Below, piece by piece: positions 30,257-40,121 of a stretch of DNA of 64,000 nt. The stretch is from the IMG/VR virus record IMGVR_UViG_3300035661_000025, positions 1 through 64,000 of that record; one strand, 5' to 3'. Both the position numbers and the translations under genes were made by a program. This stretch comes from a virus. Each line of letters begins with the position of its first letter. The first letter of the stretch is position 1. Under the pieces are notes generated by a model, which saw only the letters and a program-made list of their open reading frames with translations, made no database searches and was not told where the DNA came from.

Positions 30257-30487
30257 ATGAATACAATTCTTTATTCAGAGTATAAAAAAACTCACAAACC
30301 AGTCACCTTGAATGATGTTTTAGAAGCTCAATCAGACAATGAATATGTTATGGTTAGCGTAGATGATAGAGTGTATTGTATTACAGAAATAGATCTTAAT
30401 TCCGAAGAATCTTTCGTTTGTATTGACAAAGAATGTAATGAATATACCTTTGCTTTTGACCAAATATCAAAAATAGAAGGTATTTAA
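30257..30487 (+). CDS. Hypothetical protein
   Basis: Promoter at 30227 and RBS. Confidence 0.55.
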   Translation: MNTILYSEYKKTHKPVTLNDVLEAQSDNEYVMVSVDDRVYCITEIDLNSEESFVCIDKECNEYTFAFDQISKIEGI

Positions 30488-30720
30488 TGAAGCCTTCATT
30501 ACCCAAAGTTATGGCGTTTGTCATTACAGATTTTGATACTGAATTGGGATACATCCGAACTGAGATAGAAGTGGAAGTTCTCACTGTTCATTTTAATACT
30601 GGCAAAATGCGTGTTAGATATTATGCAAACATTTTTAATTCCGGAATGTCAGTAAAAACTGAAGATGTTTCTAATGAACCGTTTATGAAAAAATATGATA
30701 TATTAGGAACCCAACAATGA
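30487..30720 (+). CDS. Hypothetical protein
   Basis: Translationally coupled. Confidence 0.55.
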   Translation: MKPSLPKVMAFVITDFDTELGYIRTEIEVEVLTVHFNTGKMRVRYYANIFNSGMSVKTEDVSNEPFMKKYDILGTQQ

Positions 30721-31130
30721 TATCTTTGGAAACTTTGTCAGATCTTTTCGGATTTAAGGTGATTAAATATAAGCTCATTCGTAATGACATTGTAGTCTAT
30801 GATGGATCTTCTTATGATATGTTTGAGTGGAATAAATCTAAGAATATCTATGAGCTTATGGCGAATTGTAAAGAGAGTTCTTATAAATTAGGTTATTCTA
30901 TGAGAACATTCAAATCTTCTAAAGGTTGGGTAATTGATTTGATTCATGAAGATCGATTGAAATCAATTTTAAATAAAACACAAATCAATCATATAGAAGG
31001 ATCTATTACTGTTGAAATTTTTGATAGAGATTCTGAAAACAATGAATTTCATCCCAAATATTTTGAATCTGAACAAGAAGCAGTTTTTTCTGCATATGAT
31101 TGGTTACTAACACACAAGGATAATTTATGA
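30717..31130 (+). CDS. Hypothetical protein, paralog of 43181-43537
   Basis: Shared NIYEL(M/A)..CKE and E.EA(V/I)F.A..W(L/I)L. Confidence 0.6.
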   Translation: MISLETLSDLFGFKVIKYKLIRNDIVVYDGSSYDMFEWNKSKNIYELMANCKESSYKLGYSMRTFKSSKGWVIDLIHEDRLKSILNKTQINHIEGSITVEIFDRDSENNEFHPKYFESEQEAVFSAYDWLLTHKDNL

Positions 31131-31672
31131 GACTATATGTTTTTAGTCATTTTATGATTTCTAGCATGGCGAAAGGAATTCAAACTCTTCATAGCACTGT
31201 AGAAATGTTTACAAAATATGAGAAGATAGATATTTCTGAATATGAACTGATTACTGGACGAGAACCTTCTGATGATTTGATTATGGAGGCAGACAAAGCC
31301 AATATCTTGTACAATTGGGCAAAAAATCACAAAACTTGTATTCATCTAAATGGAGGAACTAGTCCAGACCTTCAAGAGCTGAGAGATTTCTTAGATGATA
31401 CAACAAATCCATATCCATGGGCAGAATTTTATGAAGATGAATCTTTAGGGAATTTGATGACTGCAATAAGTATCGTTCTGCCAGAGAAAATTTATGAAAC
31501 AGTATCTGCCATGAAAACCGGCGTTTTAACATTCAATGGAGAATTTTTACATTGTGTAGATACTACACAATTAGATCCAGAAATGACGTCAAAATTAATG
31601 AGTTTTGGAAAATTCAATCAATTTGAACAAAAGTTGATAATGTCTATGGGAAATTATCGGCTAGCACAATAA
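31127..31672 (+). CDS. Phage peptidyl-tRNA-hydrolase-2-like protein
   Basis: GIQTLHS, W...HKTCIHLNGG, F.ED...TAI pattern. Confidence 0.5.
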   Translation: MRLYVFSHFMISSMAKGIQTLHSTVEMFTKYEKIDISEYELITGREPSDDLIMEADKANILYNWAKNHKTCIHLNGGTSPDLQELRDFLDDTTNPYPWAEFYEDESLGNLMTAISIVLPEKIYETVSAMKTGVLTFNGEFLHCVDTTQLDPEMTSKLMSFGKFNQFEQKLIMSMGNYRLAQ

Positions 31673-31681
31673 AGGAATAAA

Positions 31682-32701
31682 ATGGGAGCAGTTTTAAATG
31701 ATATTAATGTCAAATATTTTGAATTAGTCATACCTGCTTCTAATAGGGGAATTCGCAGATCTCAGGATTATAATGCAAAGTGCCCAATTTGTGGTGACAG
31801 CAAACGAAACAAATTATCCAAAAGATTTCATCTTTATACAAAAACTTCATTTGATGGAGATGTATTAAAATGTTTTAATGGAGATTGTGAGTACTCTGGG
31901 AATATGTATTCTTTCCTTAGAGATTATCACCCTTCTTTATTAAATTCTTATATTCAAGAAATGAAGGGCGAAAAAATTAATTTCATCCAAGAATTTCTCA
32001 AAGGTGAAGAACCTCAAATAGATACTTATATTCCAGATTCATTGTTTGTTCCAAAAATAATAACAGATGTTCCTGAAATATTTCAAAAAATAACTAAAGG
32101 TTCATATGCGTATGATTACTTGATTAAAAGAAATATTCCAGAAACATTACACAAATATTTCTTAGAAGTTGTTCCGCCTTTTGTGTTCAAAGAAGATGAT
32201 AAAGAGAAGAACTTAGAAAATTTCATAATTATACCATTGTATTATGGTAAAAAGATTTATGGGTTCACTTCTAGGAGCACTATAAACAAGGATTTTTATA
32301 CTAGAATTCCTGAAGAAAACACTGGATGGAAAGTTTGGAATTTACTAAATGTAGATTTATCAAAAACTTTATATATTTTTGAAGGAACTTTTGATGCATT
32401 AAGCATAGAGTCCGATAATGTAGTGGCTTGTTTGGGTGCAGATTTTCCAGATGAAATATTGAAAAAAGTAAAAGATCCAGTGTTTGTTTATGATAATACC
32501 AACATAGACAAGACTGGAGCTAAGAAAGCTTTTAAATACGCAAAACTAGGATATAAAGTTATGATATGGCCTGATATATCATATAAAGATTTTAATGCTA
32601 TATTGACTAAAGGTGCGACTAGAGAGAAACTTCAAAAGTTTCTAGAATCAAATATATATCAAGGGCTTTCAGCTCAAGTTAGATTAAAAATGGAAGGATA
32701 G
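31682..32701 (+). CDS. DNA primase (gp61)
   Basis: CPICGDS...CFNGDC zinc finger, EGTFDA, DN.D, KDFN. Confidence 0.93.
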   Translation: MGAVLNDINVKYFELVIPASNRGIRRSQDYNAKCPICGDSKRNKLSKRFHLYTKTSFDGDVLKCFNGDCEYSGNMYSFLRDYHPSLLNSYIQEMKGEKINFIQEFLKGEEPQIDTYIPDSLFVPKIITDVPEIFQKITKGSYAYDYLIKRNIPETLHKYFLEVVPPFVFKEDDKEKNLENFIIIPLYYGKKIYGFTSRSTINKDFYTRIPEENTGWKVWNLLNVDLSKTLYIFEGTFDALSIESDNVVACLGADFPDEILKKVKDPVFVYDNTNIDKTGAKKAFKYAKLGYKVMIWPDISYKDFNAILTKGATREKLQKFLESNIYQGLSAQVRLKMEG

Positions 32702-32704
32702 AAA

Positions 32705-33442
32705 ATGAGTAATTTCATAATTTTAAACAAACCTCATTATTCCACAAACATACAGCGAGAATTAATTCAATTGAGTGATGATGAACTTGCTGAGGAATTA
32801 TTCTATAGTACTGATTGGTTTACGGATGAATTGTTTGAAGCTCGCACAGATTTGTCAATGTCAATAGGAGCAGAATATAGCCGTCTTATGGTTGATTATG
32901 AAAAAATAAACAACATAAAAGAACCTGGAAATGCTATTGGTAGAGGTGTTTTGTATACTCATAATTATCAAGGGAAACTTATGAGATTAATTGATGATAA
33001 ATCCAATAAGTTTTTGGCTAGTTATGAAAAACGATTAAAATTTTTCAATGAGCAAATATCACTTGCTGAAAGTTTTTTTGATGAAGTTATCATAATAGAT
33101 TGTCATTCTTTTGATACACATTATACTAATGTAGTTAACAATACTCCGGGAATGAAACACCCAGATATTTGTATAGGATATAATGAAAAAAATTGTAATC
33201 TGTTGAAAATTCAAGAACTAAAAGAACACTTCAAATCTTTAGGTTATTCGGTTAACTTAAATTTTCCTTTTTCCGGAAGTTATTTGCCTGAATACAATAT
33301 AGAAAATCCTAATGTGTTTACGGTCATGATAGAAGTAAACAAAGATCTTTACATGAGTAAAGATGGATTTGTACCTCTTAAGAAAGATTCTTTTAATAAA
33401 TTAAAAGAAGATATAACTAATGGTATTATGATATTCGCATAA
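32705..33442 (+). CDS. N-formylglutamate amidohydrolase family
   Basis: PH, TDWFTDELF, SRLMVD, DCHSF, PDICIG, NFPFSG, MIEVN. Confidence 0.85.
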   Translation: MSNFIILNKPHYSTNIQRELIQLSDDELAEELFYSTDWFTDELFEARTDLSMSIGAEYSRLMVDYEKINNIKEPGNAIGRGVLYTHNYQGKLMRLIDDKSNKFLASYEKRLKFFNEQISLAESFFDEVIIIDCHSFDTHYTNVVNNTPGMKHPDICIGYNEKNCNLLKIQELKEHFKSLGYSVNLNFPFSGSYLPEYNIENPNVFTVMIEVNKDLYMSKDGFVPLKKDSFNKLKEDITNGIMIFA

Positions 33443-34010
33443 AAATAACTACTCTAGGGTCTTCAGGATGGACCTTTCCTTCATCATCTACAAAATCAGA
33501 AACTCCGTCTACAATAGCGTAAGCTTCTCCTGGAGTTCCTGAATTCATTGATTTATCAATTTTGAATCCATGTCTCGAGTATAATGAATATAATGGACCA
33601 TAAATTTCTTTACCTTTACGAAACGCAAAACAATCTAAATGTTTCGCCCCATTTTTCACAGCACTTTTCATAATAGCATCTCCAGAAGATCCCTTCGTAC
33701 TAAAAACCGAGACCAATTCATCTCCATGGTTTATTGCATAACCCGATGAGTTATTGTGACCCAAAAAACATTTCATTTTATTATAATCACTACGATTATA
33801 AACAGACAATGTCTCTAGACCTTTATGTGGCAACCCTTTATTGAGCTTAGCTATATCATTTTCTTTTATTTTAGAAATAGCTCTAAAGAACGTAGTCCCG
33901 TCCACTTCTGAAAAATCATTCTCATCAAATAATTTTTGACCTTTTTCTAATTGCTCAGGAGAAAGTCTCCCCATATCATAAAACTTTTCAAATAATTCTT
34001 TTAATGTCAT
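33426..34010 (-). CDS. Late hypothetical protein, possibly GNAT-like
   Basis: Minus TATAAATA at 34048; ELVSVFS, AVKNGAKHLDCF, LYSRHGF. Confidence 0.5.
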   Translation of the reverse strand: MTLKELFEKFYDMGRLSPEQLEKGQKLFDENDFSEVDGTTFFRAISKIKENDIAKLNKGLPHKGLETLSVYNRSDYNKMKCFLGHNNSSGYAINHGDELVSVFSTKGSSGDAIMKSAVKNGAKHLDCFAFRKGKEIYGPLYSLYSRHGFKIDKSMNSGTPGEAYAIVDGVSDFVDDEGKVHPEDPRVVIFMRIS

Positions 34011-34070
34011 CTTTTTATATATTCCTAAGGTTATAAATGTTATAATGTATTTATAAAAGGACAGAAAGAC

Positions 34071-34298
34071 ATGAAATTAGATTTTTTTAAACAGCCATTG
34101 AATGAAGGTGATTGTGTTGCTTTTCCATCATCTGGTAGTATGATGTTAGGAATTATAGAGAAGTTTAGATTTTTCAAATCTAGAAAAGATCAAACCGTTT
34201 ATCGAGTTGATGGATTTGTACGAAATAGCTCCGGAAACAAAAAATGGAAAGATTGTAGAGATCTTGTAAAATGTCCAGAATCATTTAAGGAGTATTGA
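34071..34298 (+). CDS. Small hypothetical protein
   Basis: Promoter at 34038; DFFKQPLNEGDCV. Confidence 0.55.
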   Translation: MKLDFFKQPLNEGDCVAFPSSGSMMLGIIEKFRFFKSRKDQTVYRVDGFVRNSSGNKKWKDCRDLVKCPESFKEY

Positions 34299-34906
34299 TG
34301 AAAATTATCTCTAAATTTCAAGACTATTATGACTTTTCTTGTGGATATTTCGATAATTCAACTTGTTACCCACGAGAAGTGTTCGCTGTTCAGGATAAAA
34401 ACATTCTTGCTAAATTGGAATCTATTGTTCCAAAATATTCATATCGAATTGATGATGAAATAAAACATCATGCAGGTATTGTAATTTTGAACAACATCAT
34501 GTATCCATTCGTTAGAGTTCTCATAAAAGGTAACTTATCTAGTATTTCATATGAGCCTATAGGTAACAGATATTTTGATAGAATTTTTAAATTTAAAGGT
34601 TCGGTTTTTGAAATTGATGCGCCTGTAGCAATATATGACCCATATGGAGTATCTTTACCAAAAGGTATAAAACCGATAAATTTTAATGGATCATTTTATG
34701 ATTGTAATTATGGATTTGAAAAGCGTTTTATTCATAATGCACCTTTGAAGCCTTATAAGTTTCCATTAGATGGCAGAATTGTGTTACAAGAGATTGAAAC
34801 ATTTCTTAATAAACACAAAGAAGAAATGATTCCACAAGTTTTATCAGATAATGATATTCGAGATGCTAAAGGGTTCGATAAAAATTCATTCCGGAGAACA
34901 AAATGA
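34298..34906 (+). CDS. Hypothetical protein
   Basis: MKIISKFQDYYD...GFDKNSFR. Confidence 0.6.
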   Translation: MKIISKFQDYYDFSCGYFDNSTCYPREVFAVQDKNILAKLESIVPKYSYRIDDEIKHHAGIVILNNIMYPFVRVLIKGNLSSISYEPIGNRYFDRIFKFKGSVFEIDAPVAIYDPYGVSLPKGIKPINFNGSFYDCNYGFEKRFIHNAPLKPYKFPLDGRIVLQEIETFLNKHKEEMIPQVLSDNDIRDAKGFDKNSFRRTK

Positions 34907-35085
34907 TTAAATTACCAATTACTGCAGAAGAGTTTGCTTTGAAATGTGAAGAATTGTGGAGAAATGTAGCAATTGCATATGTTTCAGCTAGCAATTCTTC
35001 AAACAAATATTCAATGAAAGAATGGGCAGATCAAGCAGTTGAAGATTATAGAAAATCTTTTTCATATTGGAATCCAACAAACTAG
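34903..35085 (+). CDS. Hypothetical protein
   Basis: GGAG RBS, coupled. Confidence 0.5.
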   Translation: MIKLPITAEEFALKCEELWRNVAIAYVSASNSSNKYSMKEWADQAVEDYRKSFSYWNPTN

Positions 35086-35259
35086 AGACAACATCATATT
35101 GACAGATATCTAAAACAAAACTGATATAATAAAAGCAGGGGTTTTAAATTCTGAAAAAATTAATATATTCTTAAGGTTAAACCTTAAGAAAAATTTAATG
35201 AGATATTATAAACGGTTTAATGTTTAATTAAGAAATTTATGTTATAATAAAGGATAAAA

Positions 35260-35403
35260 ATGTTAGACGAAACTATAGAATATTGGGTTCAAGAAGCTGT
35301 TTATTTTATCAATGAACTTAATTTTGAAACTGATAATGAAACCGAATTTTGGTTTTATCACAAAGCTGTAGATTATTACATTTTATATCACACATCAAAA
35401 TAA
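35260..35403 (+). CDS. Small acidic/aromatic protein (47 aa, not in track)
   Basis: Promoter at 35240 plus AAGGA. Confidence 0.5.
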   Translation: MLDETIEYWVQEAVYFINELNFETDNETEFWFYHKAVDYYILYHTSK

Positions 35404-35414
35404 AAAGGAATGCT

Positions 35415-35750
35415 ATGAAAATTATTTGTTTAGAACTAGATTGGGCAGACGAATTTCATTACCCAATCGTGTCATTAATTTCAAATGAGGATTTGGAAAG
35501 AATCAAAGAGAGGATTGACCATTTAAAAAATGTGGGAACGGATATGAATCACACCCAAGAATATTATTTTGGAACCAACGAAGCTTTTGATTTTTCTTTT
35601 AATGATATTATATCTATGATTGAAGATGCCAAATATATCTCAGAAGAAGAAGTTGATGTATTGATTAAATTTGGTGTTCTTGATTTTGGAACTGATATTG
35701 TAAGCAAATTCTTAGAAACATATGATTATGATGAAGAATGGGATGATTAA
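35415..35750 (+). CDS. Acidic hypothetical protein
   Basis: RBS; DWADEF, YFGTNE. Confidence 0.55.
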   Translation: MKIICLELDWADEFHYPIVSLISNEDLERIKERIDHLKNVGTDMNHTQEYYFGTNEAFDFSFNDIISMIEDAKYISEEEVDVLIKFGVLDFGTDIVSKFLETYDYDEEWDD

Positions 35751-35804
35751 TATTTATTTAATGTAATTTGTGATATAATAAAACAATTAAAAAGAAGGAT
35801 TTAC

Positions 35805-36716
35805 ATGAAAGAATATCTTCCAAAATTATACAAAAAAATTAATGAAATTGGTTTTAAATTTCATTCAGATATTTTTAAGAAAGCCGTTACAGAAAAAACA
35901 ACTAAATCTGAGTGGGTTGAATTAGAATTGATTTCTTCAAAAACAAACGGACCTATTTTTGAAAGTGAATTCTCTAGATGTATTAAAGATGTGTTAATGA
36001 TAAAAGGCTATCCAAATGATAGTTTTTTTAAATCTGACATTATTCAAGATGTTTTATCATTGTTAGATCACGCATCTGAATTGTTTAAAAGACATGTTTT
36101 TCCAGATGAAGTTTACGAAATCATGGATATTATGAGCCAATACAATACAAAAATGGTAGGCGGCTCTGTAAGAGATATTTTGCTTAATAAATCACCTAAA
36201 GATTTTGATTTTGTAACAGACGCTTCATATAATGAAGTTACAGAAGAATTAACCAAACATGGATATACAATCAAAGAGACTGGTAAACATTTTTTAGTCA
36301 TGATTGCTTCAAAAAATGGATGGGATTTTGAAATTTCTAATTTTCGTAAAGATGGCACATACTCAGATGGTAGACATCCAGAAGCTGTTATGATTGGAGA
36401 TATTTACGATGATGCATTTAGACGAGATTTCACAGTAAATGCTTTGTATTTGGATGTAAAAACATTTAACTTGCAAGACCCTACAGGTCAAGGGCTTGAT
36501 GATTTTCAAGAAAGAACATTGAAATTTGTAGGAAAGCCAAAGGAACGAATTAAAGAAGATTATCTTCGCTGTTTTAGATTTTATCGTTTCCTTGATAAAG
36601 GGTTTGAGCCGGATCCAGTTTCTCTTAGCGCAGTTAGAGAAATATTTTCCGAAGCTATTGCAAAAACATCACCAGAACGTATTCGTGTAGAAATTGAAAG
36701 AATGGTTAAACTATGA
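35805..36716 (+). CDS. tRNA nucleotidyltransferase (CCA-adding/poly(A) polymerase family)
   Basis: VGGSVRD, DFDF, RRDFTVNAL, EDYLRCFR. Confidence 0.9.
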   Translation: MKEYLPKLYKKINEIGFKFHSDIFKKAVTEKTTKSEWVELELISSKTNGPIFESEFSRCIKDVLMIKGYPNDSFFKSDIIQDVLSLLDHASELFKRHVFPDEVYEIMDIMSQYNTKMVGGSVRDILLNKSPKDFDFVTDASYNEVTEELTKHGYTIKETGKHFLVMIASKNGWDFEISNFRKDGTYSDGRHPEAVMIGDIYDDAFRRDFTVNALYLDVKTFNLQDPTGQGLDDFQERTLKFVGKPKERIKEDYLRCFRFYRFLDKGFEPDPVSLSAVREIFSEAIAKTSPERIRVEIERMVKL

Positions 36717-36931
36717 AATTGATGTTTGTAACAGGGCAGAATGGTGTAAAATGCATAGCACAAAAGGCTATATTTGATTATATAGATACAGCTGTTGTAG
36801 ATACAAATAATAAAGATTTATTTTTTAATTTTAAAGATTATGAAATAAAAATAGGTGATGTTCTTGTAACATTTAACAACAAAGAAAATTATACAAAAGT
36901 ATATGAAGAAATTTTAAAAAATATGAATTAG
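36713..36931 (+). CDS. Hypothetical protein
   Basis: Coupled ORF. Confidence 0.5.
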   Translation: MKLMFVTGQNGVKCIAQKAIFDYIDTAVVDTNNKDLFFNFKDYEIKIGDVLVTFNNKENYTKVYEEILKNMN

Positions 36932-36941
36932 AAGGAATTAC

Positions 36942-37409
36942 ATGAAATTACTAAAAGTACCTGGATCACGATTAATCAATTTAGAAGCTGTATCTAGCGT
37001 GGGATTTAAGCCTACACCCGAAGGCGAAACTAAGGTTATAGTGAATTATTCACACAGCATTACATTGAAAAATGGTAATATGGTAGCAGATTATACCTAT
37101 ATTTACTACAATAAAAACGTTCAAGAGACCACAAAGGCATTCATAAAAGCTTTGGGTGATACTGCACTAGTAAGTACGGATAAAAATCATTATGTGGTAA
37201 ATGGTGATAAAGTAGCCAACATTGCATTTGACAATGACAAAAGACGTATCATTTTTAATCTTTGTTACTCTAAAGAGATTCAATTGACTGGTGGGGTTTA
37301 CACAATTTCATCTGATTTTTGTTACTGGGATTACTCATCAGATGAAGAATATGAGAAAAATGTAAAAGCATTAGAAGAAAAATCAACACTAGCATCTTTT
37401 AAGGATTAA
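36942..37409 (+). CDS. Hypothetical protein with internal duplication
   Basis: Two similar halves (INLEAVSSVGF..KVIVN..DYTY / VNGDKVANIAF..RIIFN..DFCY). Confidence 0.55.
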   Translation: MKLLKVPGSRLINLEAVSSVGFKPTPEGETKVIVNYSHSITLKNGNMVADYTYIYYNKNVQETTKAFIKALGDTALVSTDKNHYVVNGDKVANIAFDNDKRRIIFNLCYSKEIQLTGGVYTISSDFCYWDYSSDEEYEKNVKALEEKSTLASFKD

Positions 37410-37410
37410 T

Positions 37411-37746
37411 ATGGGTCAACAATTAACCGATACAGAAATGGAAATGATTGACTCTTTTATAGATCAAAAGCGTTCTGAAGAACAGAATTTGACATTGCAA
37501 TTTGCTAATGAAATTTTAAATCACATGCTTCAGAAAAAAGAAATTGATGGATATATTAAAGACATCAAAACAGACGCCAAAGCAAATGGTATTTTGGTGA
37601 AGCAGGTCATGAAAGCTATTAATGATTTGAAAAAAGAATTAAAAACTACTGATGTGGAAAAATCTGAAGAAGATTTAATTATAACTCTTTTAGATAATGA
37701 TTTTGGTATTAAAAACAAAATTCAAAAATTGATTGAAAAGGATTAA
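37411..37746 (+). CDS. GapR/T4 DsbA-like dsDNA-binding protein
   Basis: KKEIDGYIKDIKTDAKANG..VK. Confidence 0.6.
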   Translation: MGQQLTDTEMEMIDSFIDQKRSEEQNLTLQFANEILNHMLQKKEIDGYIKDIKTDAKANGILVKQVMKAINDLKKELKTTDVEKSEEDLIITLLDNDFGIKNKIQKLIEKD

Positions 37747-37748
37747 TT

Positions 37749-38270
37749 ATGAAGAAAATTTTAACGTTAATGTTATTGGTAACTGGATTGTTCGCATTCC
37801 CAGCAACTGTGGTAAAAATTATAGATGGTGATACTATTACAGTAAAAACTATTGATGGTAATATCACTAAATTGAGATTTGCTGATATTGATACACCTGA
37901 GAAATATCTTGTATCAAATAAAGCTAAATATGATATTAAAACATGTGGTAAATCTACATATACTATGGGGAAAGAAGCAAGTGCTTATTTAGAATCAGTT
38001 GTTAAAATTGGTAATATTGTAGAAGTTAAACTATCTGGAAATACATCTTATGATAGAGATGTTGCTATTATATACTTCAACAATACAAATCTCAATGAAT
38101 TAATGGTTTTACAAGGATATGCTTATGTATGGCATACTGGTAATGATATAACTGATTTATCATATAAAACTATTTTATTAAATAGTCAAACTTCCGCTAA
38201 GGAAAATAAACTAGGTCTTTGGAAAAAATACCCAGATGTTATGGAATGCCTAATTAATTATCATAAGTAA
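37749..38270 (+). CDS. Secreted thermonuclease (SNase family)
   Basis: Signal peptide, IDGDTI, RFADIDTPE, YDR, NELMVLQGYA, GLW. Confidence 0.9.
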   Translation: MKKILTLMLLVTGLFAFPATVVKIIDGDTITVKTIDGNITKLRFADIDTPEKYLVSNKAKYDIKTCGKSTYTMGKEASAYLESVVKIGNIVEVKLSGNTSYDRDVAIIYFNNTNLNELMVLQGYAYVWHTGNDITDLSYKTILLNSQTSAKENKLGLWKKYPDVMECLINYHK

Positions 38271-38285
38271 TCTTTAAGGTTAATA

Positions 38286-38327
38286 TGATATAATTATTGT
38301 ATAAAAAGAAAAGAAGGATAGAAAATG
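38286..38327 (+). repeat. 42-bp promoter+RBS+ATG cassette, copy 2
   Basis: Identical to 29869-29910. Confidence 0.9.
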
Positions 38328-38501
38328 GACGAATCATTAATAAAAGGGCTTAGAAGAACTTCAGTAAAAACTCTATTAAGAAATGGAACATCATTTCTAA
38401 AATATGTAGCTAAGGAATTAGACATTGAAATTAATGATTTTATGTCTGATTTAGAAATAGCAAAATCAATTAAAATGAAAATTGAGAAGGATAGAAATTG
38501 A
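38325..38501 (+). CDS. Small hypothetical protein (58 aa, not in track)
   Basis: Follows cassette; MDESLIKGLRR... Confidence 0.55.
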   Translation: MDESLIKGLRRTSVKTLLRNGTSFLKYVAKELDIEINDFMSDLEIAKSIKMKIEKDRN

Positions 38502-38788
38502 CTCAAGGGATAGTAAAGCATAATATCAAAGCATTAGAGATATTAAAAAGGTCAACTCATATACTAGACAGTAGTGGAGCACCGATGTTTACAGATGACG
38601 AGATAGATGAAGCAATTTTAGAACTTGAAAAATTAAAAGATGTTGAGTTAGTGTTCGTTTTACTAAAAAACGAACCTTCAAATTGTGATGTCTGTAAATG
38701 GAAAAATAGTGGTTTATGGTCTAAATGTTTAACTTGTATTCGATACAGAGCACAAGGTCTAAAAGATAATTTTGAAAAGGAAAGATAA
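38498..38788 (+). CDS. Hypothetical protein with two CxxC
   Basis: CDVC...CLTC. Confidence 0.5.
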   Translation: MTQGIVKHNIKALEILKRSTHILDSSGAPMFTDDEIDEAILELEKLKDVELVFVLLKNEPSNCDVCKWKNSGLWSKCLTCIRYRAQGLKDNFEKER

Positions 38789-38790
38789 AA

Positions 38791-39846
38791 ATGACATTAT
38801 ACAAATTCCCAAGTATTGAGCAATTTCGCTCAGTGGTAAAACACGTTCGTGAACGTTCACAATTTGATGGGTTAGATGAAAATAACGAACCAATCTACAA
38901 TCATACAAAGAAAGCACCTAAGCTTATGTTTCACGGAACTACTAAGTTGCACGGAACAAATCATTCAATCGTAATTGATAAAGAGGATGGGTTTTATACA
39001 CAATCTCGGGAACGTATTAGTACACCAGAGAAAGATAATGCCGGTTCAAGTATTTGGTCTCATTCACATAAAGAGCATTTTGAAAAGGTAGTACTACCTT
39101 TTATGGAAGACATGCCAGACGCTAAAACTTGTATCATTTATGGTGAATGGTGCGGTGGCAATATTCAAGCAAAAGTAGCGTTAAATAAACTTCCTAAAAT
39201 GTTTGTTATTTTTGGTATCAAATTCATTAACCATGATGAATCTCAAGAATGGATTAATCTTGAAAATTTTAAAGGTCTTGCTGATTCACTAGCAGATGAA
39301 ACAAAAAATATCTATCACATTGAACAATTTCCTACTTGGGATATTGAAATTGACTTTGAGGCACCAGAAGAAGTTCAAAATAAACTGATTGAATTGACTA
39401 CAGAAGTAGAGAAACGATGTCCAGTTGCATTTAAACTTGGAGTAGACGGTATCGGAGAAGGAATTGTGTGGAAATGTGTTACTGATGTTGACGGTATGAA
39501 AACTCGTGATTTAATTTTCAAGGTAAAAGGTGAAGAACATGCAGGTAAATCTAAAACAAAAGTTCTTGCCCCAGTTGACGTTGAACGGATCAAGAACATC
39601 AATGAACTTGTTACTAAACTAACTCCTGATTGGCGTTTGGAACAAATGTATCAAAACGTATTTGATACATTAAATGGTGGAACTGGTGATATTAAACGTC
39701 TTGGTGAATTCCTTAAAGCGATTGTAGGTGATATTGTTAAGGAAGAATTAGATACAATCACTGCTTCTGGATTTGAAGTTAAAGACTTGACTGGAAATAT
39801 CAATAAAGTTAGTCGTGATTGGTTCATGAAGAAATTAGATATTTAA
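38791..39846 (+). CDS. RNA ligase (Rnl2-like)
   Basis: KLHGTN, YGEWCG, FVIFGI, EGIV, FKVK. Confidence 0.85.
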   Translation: MTLYKFPSIEQFRSVVKHVRERSQFDGLDENNEPIYNHTKKAPKLMFHGTTKLHGTNHSIVIDKEDGFYTQSRERISTPEKDNAGSSIWSHSHKEHFEKVVLPFMEDMPDAKTCIIYGEWCGGNIQAKVALNKLPKMFVIFGIKFINHDESQEWINLENFKGLADSLADETKNIYHIEQFPTWDIEIDFEAPEEVQNKLIELTTEVEKRCPVAFKLGVDGIGEGIVWKCVTDVDGMKTRDLIFKVKGEEHAGKSKTKVLAPVDVERIKNINELVTKLTPDWRLEQMYQNVFDTLNGGTGDIKRLGEFLKAIVGDIVKEELDTITASGFEVKDLTGNINKVSRDWFMKKLDI

Positions 39847-39847
39847 A

Positions 39848-40090
39848 TTACTTACAATAATTTTATCTATTCTCTTTATGGGATGTGATGAAAGAAACCG
39901 CCTATGTTGGATACAAATGATTCTATAGCATTAGTCACAAATAAAAGATTCAAAACAGTTGATGCCGATATAGCATGTGATAAACATGGGTTTACATATT
40001 ATCAATCATATTCAGCCGATGATGAATATACTTACCTATTTTTTTAGAAATGGAGTGTATAATACTTATCAACTAGAATGTAATTTATAA
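39848..40090 (+). pseudogene. Decayed lipoprotein gene
   Basis: LLTIILSILFMGC lipobox with no start codon; continuation needs two frameshifts. Confidence 0.35.
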
Positions 40091-40121
40091 ATAACCTAAA
40101 TAAACAAAAAAGAGGTTTAAA

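Noticed and set aside
32699-32707. Primase-amidohydrolase readthrough fusion (in-frame TAG AAA ATG)
   Set aside because: The TAG lies inside the common AAGGATAGAAAATG RBS motif, indicating ordinary coupling.
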